Assembly: GCA_004022145.1 (NCBI GenBank)
Contig: RCNU01000027.1
Strand: one strand, 5' to 3'
DNA from: Paecilomyces variotii
Taxonomy: Eukaryota
Length of the DNA: 64,000 bases
Shown: positions 55,942 to 64,000 of the stretch, piece after piece
How the letters are laid out: each line of letters starts with the position of its first letter
Position numbering within the stretch: the stretch's first letter is position 1
The notes under the pieces: generated by a model
Seen by the model: only the letters and a program-made list of their open reading frames with translations
The model's database searches: none
What the model was told of the DNA's origin: nothing
Position numbers and translations under genes: made by a program

Positions 55942-58900
55942 TATTGCCTACTCTGTTATTATAATAGTATTTTAATTTATAGCTTTTTATTATAATAATA
56001 GGCCCTTAGTTTTTAAAGATTAATTCCTATAAAATATTTTATTTCTTATTAATTTTATTATTATATTTTACCTAATTCTTAAGTTATTTATAATATTAGC
56101 CCTTATTATAGTAGATACAGTATTTTTAAAAAAAAGAATACTATAAATAAACTCCTTTTTATACCCCGTTAAATAAGCAATTAATTAGATTATTTTTAAT
56201 TAGGTAATAAGTACTTTCTGCAGAGCAATAAAAAACTTATTAACCCTACTTTTCTCAATTAGCAGAAGGGATATATTAATATTCTTAAATATAAAGAAAT
56301 AGTTAAGCCTATAAATCTATTAGGATATATATATTTTAAAGTATTATTATTATATATAAGCAGTTAAGCACTATCTTCTTCTATTAAAAACTCTTTTCCC
56401 CCCCTTAAAAGTCCTCTATCCCCTATTAAGAACTTCTCTTCCCCCTAATAAAGTTAACCTTTTATAAGAGAGAGATATTTATTAGAAGTCTTATTAAAAC
56501 TATTAGAATTCTAACTAAAACTAATATAATTAAGTATAAACTTTTACCCCTCTATTTTTAGCACTAGTTAACTGCTACTAGGAAACTTAATCTTATTATT
56601 AATTAAATTAAATAATAATATAAGTAATAATACTAATACTAGACTATTAAATAATAATAAATTAATAACTATAAATACTCTCTTAATAAGGATAATAAAA
56701 GAAATAGCTAAATCTAATAAGATTATAATACAGTTAGCCGAGTAAAATAGGGAGATTCTATACTAACTTAGTAAACCTTAAGACCTAGAAATATATTTAA
56801 ATAGGGAGATGCAAACTAAATAAAGAAATAATATAACTAGTTAGCAGAACAATATTTCTGCTTAATAAAATAATACTATTAATAATATAAACAATAAAAA
56901 TAATATACTATTAAGTTTATATACCTCTAATAGCTTATTATAAAAATAAGAAGAGCTAGGCTTCTTTTAGCTTAATTTTAAAGACTATAAATATACTAAA
57001 ACAGGACCTATTATTACTATTAATAGCTAGATATATTATAGAAATATCTATCTTTTTATAAAATATATTTAGGACCTTATCTCTATAAAGAGAGAAGAGT
57101 AAGTAAGGCTATAAATTTATACCTTATTTAAGGATTAAGCATTTTAGTAATATAATATAGAGCTATCTAATTTTAAGCGAGATAATCTAAGAGAATAACT
57201 AATTAATAACGCTTAAATTCTATTACTATTATAATATTTTAAAATAAATATAGTAATAGCAATATAAGAACTTAAGCAATTAAATTATTTAATAATTAAG
57301 GTTAGGAATAGTATAATACTATAAGTATTTATATAAATAATTATCTGACTCTATAAGGCTATTAATATATCTAGTTTATATAACTAGCTACTATCTGTAT
57401 AGAATAAATTTGCGCCTAGTCTTTATAAAGATATTATTTATCTTAAGGAATATATAATATTAGCGTAATTTATTAACTCTATTAATAATGCCTTTATTAT
57501 TTAATAAGACTAAGCTAATTTAGAGAGGACTTAATTAAGACTGTAATATTAATATAATTATCCTAGTTATTAATATAGCTATTAGACACAGTAATTTTAT
57601 TAGATATTATTTTAGCTATTTTCTGGGAACTAATAATAAGATTACTATTATTATAGTAATTAAAGACAAGCCTTAAGGCTACGCTACGCGTATCCCTTAC
57701 AAACTTTATAGCCAGCTAGTTGATACAGACTTAAAGCTATTACTATTACCTTTTTAGATCTATATTAGTATATAAGAGCTTTACGCTTAGATTTAGATAG
57801 AGAATTTAGAGGTATTAGATATAATCCTGGGGGCCCTAAACCTAAATCCTATAAATGAATTAAGCAGTTATATAATTAAAAGAATCCCTTTATTCTATAC
57901 TTTAAAGCAATTAGCCTTAAGACCTATATAATACTTATAATTTTAGTATTATAGTAGTAATATGCCTTGCTTTAGGCTTCAGAATTTTAATATTTGTATA
58001 TATAGTTATTGTGCATATCTGTACCGGCTTAGTATATACATTTAGCTAATAATATAAGCCGGAGGTTAGCGGGTCTAAGATGTTTTAATGTTCGCACCTA
58101 TAGTTAGTATATATAACTATACTAGCTTAATATAGCTAATTAAAGGACCTAAAAGTTAGCAGGTCTAAAAAGTTTTAATATTCTCACAGATAGTTATTAT
58201 ACGCAACTATATTAACTTAGCATTTATTTTTAGCTAATAAGAGGCCTTAAATCCCTACAGGCTTCTGCACAGTTAGTTATATTGCATAAATATAGAGCTT
58301 ATTTAAGCAAATCTAATTGGCCTAAGAGACTTAAGGGGATCTAATTAGCCTAACGCGCTTTGCGCTTAAGTTTTATAATATTTATTTAGATTTATTTAGA
58401 TAACCCTTTAATTAAATACTATTATTATAATAATAGTCTCTTAATATAAGGCCCGCAGCTAATACTCTATAAGATTAGATAAGATATTATATTAATAAAA
58501 GAGATAGAAGAAACTACTAAAGTAGTTATTTACCTGTCTTCTTTTAATAATTATATAGCTAATCTTAGCAGCTATTTATTATAAGACTATAATTAGCAAA
58601 TACTTAATAATATATATATAATGCGCATATTAAAAAATTATTATAAGAGTTTTTAAATTAGTCTACCCTTATATTACTAGAGTTATCTAAAAATAATAGC
58701 TATAAAGAGGGATTTTATTATAGAATCTATTATATATAGTATAATAAGAGTAACTTTAAGGCTATAGATTTAAAAAATAAGTTATTAAAATATATTAAAG
58801 AGAGAGATAATAATATAATTAATAATACTAGGTATTTTATATATTATATCTAGCTAGAGGCTCCTAAAGAGTATTATATTTATACTTACTTTTTTATATT

Positions 58901-61900
58901 TAATAATAACCTATATTATTATTTTAAGATAATAGAATTTAAATATACTTTATTAAGCAATATATTCTAACTATTATTCTTAATAGTAGAATAAGAGAAC
59001 TAAATAGCTAAAAAAAGGCAGCTTAATAGATTTTAAAGCTAATAATATAGGTATTAAAGGTATCTTAATAGATCCTATATTAGGGGGAATATAAGATTAA
59101 ATATTATTATAATACTCTGCAATAAGATTAAGCTCTAAAGAGGTTAATTAAATTAGTAACTAGATTATTAGGTTAAAGGACTTAATAAGATAGTTTATTA
59201 AGGAAACTATAGGCCAGTTATTTACTATAATAGAATATTATATTATTAAAATAAATAATACTATTATTAATATAATTAATTTTCCCTAAGTTATATTATT
59301 AATAGTATCTAACTATCTATAAGTATAAGCAGGCTATATCTTTAAGAGATAGTATTATACTAGGATAAATACTTATATTACTGGCTTAAAATAGTCTAAT
59401 ATAATCTACCTTAATAATAATTACTTAATAATAGTTATTAATAGATAGTTTTAAAAAAATAAGCACTCTATATTCTGCTTTAAGATATTATAGAGATTAT
59501 AATTTATAATATAGGAGGTATTATCTTATTATCTATATAATTTATCTAGCTTTAGTTAGAGCTACTAATAATAATTAAAGGATAATAAGTTAAAGCAGTT
59601 TTAAATATTAAGATATATCTTATTAATAGCCTTAAAGCTAATATATTTTTAGGAAATAATATTTTAGGCCCTTATAATTTTATTTTTTATATAAGAATAG
59701 GTATAGCAGTTATTAAAGCTTATAAAGAGATAATTTTATTAATTATAATTATAGCTAAACTTAGATATTAAATATTTTATTTACTCTATATCTTATAATA
59801 TATTATTATTCTACTATAATTAAGTATTTAACTTCTTATATAGATAAAAGATACCTTAGGCACTAATAGAGATTATTTTTTTAAACCTTGCTATATATAT
59901 AGCATTATTCGCACATATTATTAATATTAATATTATTTTTATCTAAGTATTTAATATATCTGACTAATCTTAGGCTATTTTAAAAAAGATATACTTAGGC
60001 TTATTAATAAAGCTTTATAATATTAATATATTTTTCCTAGACTTAGTAATAATATCTCTTATATAGTGCTTATAAATTACAATTAATAATCTTATATCTA
60101 AAGCTAAATTTAAGGGCAATAATAGTAATATATTAAATATACTATAAATTAATATTAATAATATTAAATATAATAAAGGTTATATTAAACCTTTATTTAA
60201 GATAATACAGCATCTAAATAAAGAATAGAAGATATTATATAGTTATTATTTATAATAACTAGGATATAATAAAATATCTATAAAATATTATAAATACTTA
60301 TAATATCTAATAAGATAAAAGTTTTATTAATATCTTTAAGGATTAATAGATAAAAATTTTTTTTTAAAAAAAATAAGAATTATAACTCTTATAGTAATAT
60401 AAAGTCTATCTATTAAGATTTATAGATAGAAAAGTAGTTAATAAGATATTTAATAAGCTTTATTAATGAAGTCAGATAAATAAGTATAAGATTATATATT
60501 TAATAGCTATTCTATTTTTATAATCTAAAAAATTATTAAGAAGGATAAATATTAAATATATAAGAATTATATTATTATAGATATTTATTCCTTAAACTAA
60601 GAAATTAAATTAGATATTTATCTAATTCTGCTTTAGGATAATATCCTCGCAATAATTAAAGATTATAAATATATCTTAGTCTTTAATATAGTATTATTTT
60701 TCTATTAATAGAGAGTATTTAGCCCTTATAAAATAAGATTTATAGTTATTATATATTAAAGTTAAAAGATTTTTAATATTATTATTATAAGATTCTATAA
60801 TATATCTCTTTATATATAATAATCAATAGACTTTTATTTATAAAAGCTATATAAGTTTATATAAATTTATATTAATAACCTTATTATTATATCTTAAATA
60901 TTAAGAGAATATAAATAATATCTATATATTATTTTCTCTATTCTTTAAAATCTAAATATTACTCTTAATTCTAAAAAGTTATAAGATTTTATTAATTACT
61001 CTACTTAGATACTATATTAATATATTTAATATAATATACCTCTCTAAAAAATAAAGGCTATTTTAAACTTACCCTTCTTTATAATATTAAAAGATTTTAA
61101 ATACTTTCTTATATTAACTAGATAGTTTAAATAATATATTTTAAGATATATAATTATTGCAGGACTATTATAAGATAAGAAGACTTTATTATTTTAATTA
61201 AGCCCTATAAAAAATAAAATATATAATAAGTTTATTACTAATATAATATTATCTTAATTATTTAAGAAAGAATTATCTATATTTTAGAATATAAAGCAAT
61301 ACTTTAAGGATATTTTTTTTACTTATTTTTCTGCAGACTATTTATTTTATATTAATCTTAATATAGTAGGAGATTTAGAAGTAAATATAAAAAGATATAG
61401 ACTTATAGCTATAGTATATTACTTTTATAGCAATAATAATGTAATAAAAGATAGTAAATATTTATCTATTAATAGCTTATCTGCTAAGGTAACTTTAAAT
61501 TAGCTATATATATAGCTAGTGCTATTCTTTTCTAGATAATTAAATATTATAAAGATAAATTACTAGCTAATTAAGTTAGAAGTTATATATTTTATCTAAA
61601 TGCTGAGAAAGATATAATACTTAATTAAAGCAGCTAAAAATCCTATTATAGTCTATATTAATTATAGCATAATATTAGTAATTATATAATAGATCTCCCT
61701 AAAATTAATATTAATAAAATATATAAATCTATAATTTATCCTTATAAGTTAATATATTTAATAATTTTATTTATGCATTTTTTATAAGCTAGGAAAGATA
61801 AATATAATCCTAGATATACTCTTATATTTACCCTCTATTATAAAGGAACTAGATATACTATTATTAAAAGATATAGGCAATCTTATAGTATTTTATAATT

Positions 61901-62220
61901 ATATAAGGATAAGCTTATATAATATAGCTAGAAGATATCTTAATAGTTTAAAAAGATCCCTATATATAGGTATAAGAGTTAATTATAGGATAGTAAATAA
62001 GGTATATAAGATAATAATAGGGGATTATAACCTAAGATAAATAAGCTATAATGTATATTCTGCCAGCCTTAACCCCTAGGATAATTCTCTAGATAATAGA
62101 GTATAAGGGATAAATAATTTAAATTACTAAACAAATAATAAGGCTATAATAATATAAGATATTTAAAGGTTTAGCCTAGATAGTATTATATATCCTAATA
62201 ATATTAAGTTTACTATATTA

Positions 62221-62581
62221 CTTATTAAAGTTAATCAGAACTTAAAAAATAAGCTTAGGGCTAAATACGCTAAAGATACTAAATAGGCAAGAATTATATA
62301 GATAATATAAATAAATAATAATATAATACTCCCCTATAAAATAGCTAATAGACTCTTATACTTATTAGATTATTATAATAGCTAAATATATCTCTATATT
62401 ACTTATTAAAGTTAATTAGAACTTAAAAAATAGGCGTAGGGCTAAATACGCTAAAGATACTAAATAGGCAAGAATTATATAGATAATATAAATAAATAAT
62501 AATATAATACTCCCCTATAAAATAGCTAATAAACTCTTATACTTATTAGATTATTATAATAGCTAAATATATCTCTATATT
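62221..62581 (+). repeat. 181-bp tandem duplication within gypsy C pol
   Basis: cttattaaagttaat... occurs at 62221 and 62402; the two copies differ by a few substitutions. Confidence 0.9.
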
Positions 62582-64000
62582 CTAAAATCTATAATAGTAG
62601 AGATCTTTTAACTCGCCTATAATAAAGCTAGATATTCTGGTTTTAATAGAATAATAGATTAGCTTAATAAACTTATAATCTATAAAGATGTTAAATTGCT
62701 ATAATAATATATTAAGCACTGCCTTAAATATATAGTAAACTATATAAGATATTATTGCCTATATAGGTCTCTATAACTTATTTTAATCTTATTTATATTA
62801 TTCTATATAATTATAATTAATTTTATATTTAATCTGCTAATCTTATAAAATAATAATTATAATTATTATATATTAGTAATATATAAGTTCTTAAAGTATA
62901 TTATCTTTATTCTAAGTATTATAACCTAAATAATATAATAATAGAGAATTACTTTATTAGATTAATTGGGCTTTAGCAATTAAAGACTTTCTTATAAAAT
63001 TATCTCTAACTGTAATACTAAGTTTCTATTTAATTTATAGTGAGTAATTTTTAATAAGCTTAATATTAAGCTTCTTTATTTTACTACTTATTATCTGCAA
63101 ATAGATAAATAATTAGAAAGAATTAATTAATAAGTAGAAATTGCTCTATAATATCTATTATTAGGACTAAAATATTTAGATAATTAGCTAGTAATATTAC
63201 TAGTTTTTTAAGAAGCTATAAATGCGATAATTAGCATAATAATAAAGTATTCTCTATATTAGCTTATATTTAGTCTTAAGCTACTAATTATTATCAGGTA
63301 GCTAAATAATAATATTTAGAGATAGAGCTTTATAAATTATATTAATACCTAAGAGGTAATTAATATTGCAATAATAAATATAAAATACTATTATAATAGA
63401 TATTATTAGCCTATATAGTTTTAGCCTAGGGAAAGAGTATATTTATATTTATATTAGGGATATTTAATCCTATCTGTAATATTATTTAAATATAAATTAT
63501 CTTAGCAATATATTAGGCTGTTTATAATTAAAAAATATATAAATAAGCTCGCATATTAATTAGATTTACTCCCTTATTAGCATATTTATAATATTATTTT
63601 TATTACTTATCTTAAGCCTACCCTTAATAAAGATAATCCCTTTAGATATATAATGCCTTTATTTAAATCTTTATAATTTAATAATAATAGAATTAGCGAG
63701 TTTAAAATTAAAATACTTCTAAGAAAATATATTAGATATTGTTATAAATAATACTTTATTAAATATCTTATTTAGTAAAAGAGATTTAGGCCAGAATATA
63801 ATATATAGTATAATATTATTGACCTCAAAAATGCTAAGGAGCTTATTAAGGAATATAAGAATTGGCGATAAAAGTAGAGGCTATAAGGTTTATATATATT
63901 TCAGATTATTATATTTTAGACTAAAATTATATAATAAGGAGCTGCAGCATAAATGCTGCTTTATTTTTTTAATTAAGGGCATATGTTATAGATAAAAGGT

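Larger units (their letters stand above)
53720..64000 (+). mobile_element. Ty3/gypsy chromovirus copy C (different LTR family); 3' LTR runs off the window
   Basis: The 5' LTR start tattatagacgaaaggt (53720) matches tgttatagataaaaggt (63984-64000), which follows a PPT. RT YIDDLII (~60868), integrase ~62600-63400, chromodomain YLI.WKGFGPE...DLKNAKELIKEY (~63764-63857). Confidence 0.88.

Noticed and set aside
1-64000. Organelle DNA, AT-rich bacterium or alternative genetic code (TAA/TAG read as Gln)
   Set aside because: Stops arise from transitions that differ between repeat copies and also replace Trp and Arg codons. The content is fungal TEs, and I recognised no rRNA, tRNA or organellar genes.

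Overview
This window is a gene-free, extremely AT-rich fungal (filamentous ascomycete-type) heterochromatin block. It is built almost entirely from nested transposable elements degraded by Repeat-Induced Point mutation (RIP: C>T/G>A transitions, TpA excess, TAA/TAG everywhere). I found no intact gene. Reading through the RIP damage, I resolved three Ty3/gypsy chromoviruses, three Ty1/copia copies, four pogo/Fot1 (DDE_1) elements or relics, one Tc1-like element, a 7-kb TIR element with 10-bp TSDs, three MITEs and a tandem TRIM; most have termini and TSDs that can be read directly. The most notable observations are: (i) a ~1-kb in-frame NACHT-NTPase (fungal NLR-type) fragment inside the 5' leader of a complete gypsy element, much less RIPed than its carrier; (ii) an intron-retaining fragment of a PEX39/DUF5572-like host gene; (iii) an LTR-int-LTR-int-LTR mini-retrotransposon; (iv) a copia family with non-TG..CA LTR ends; (v) a possible tyrosine-recombinase relic. 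Protein assignments come from by-eye motif reading of RIP-mutated codons; no database search was run.
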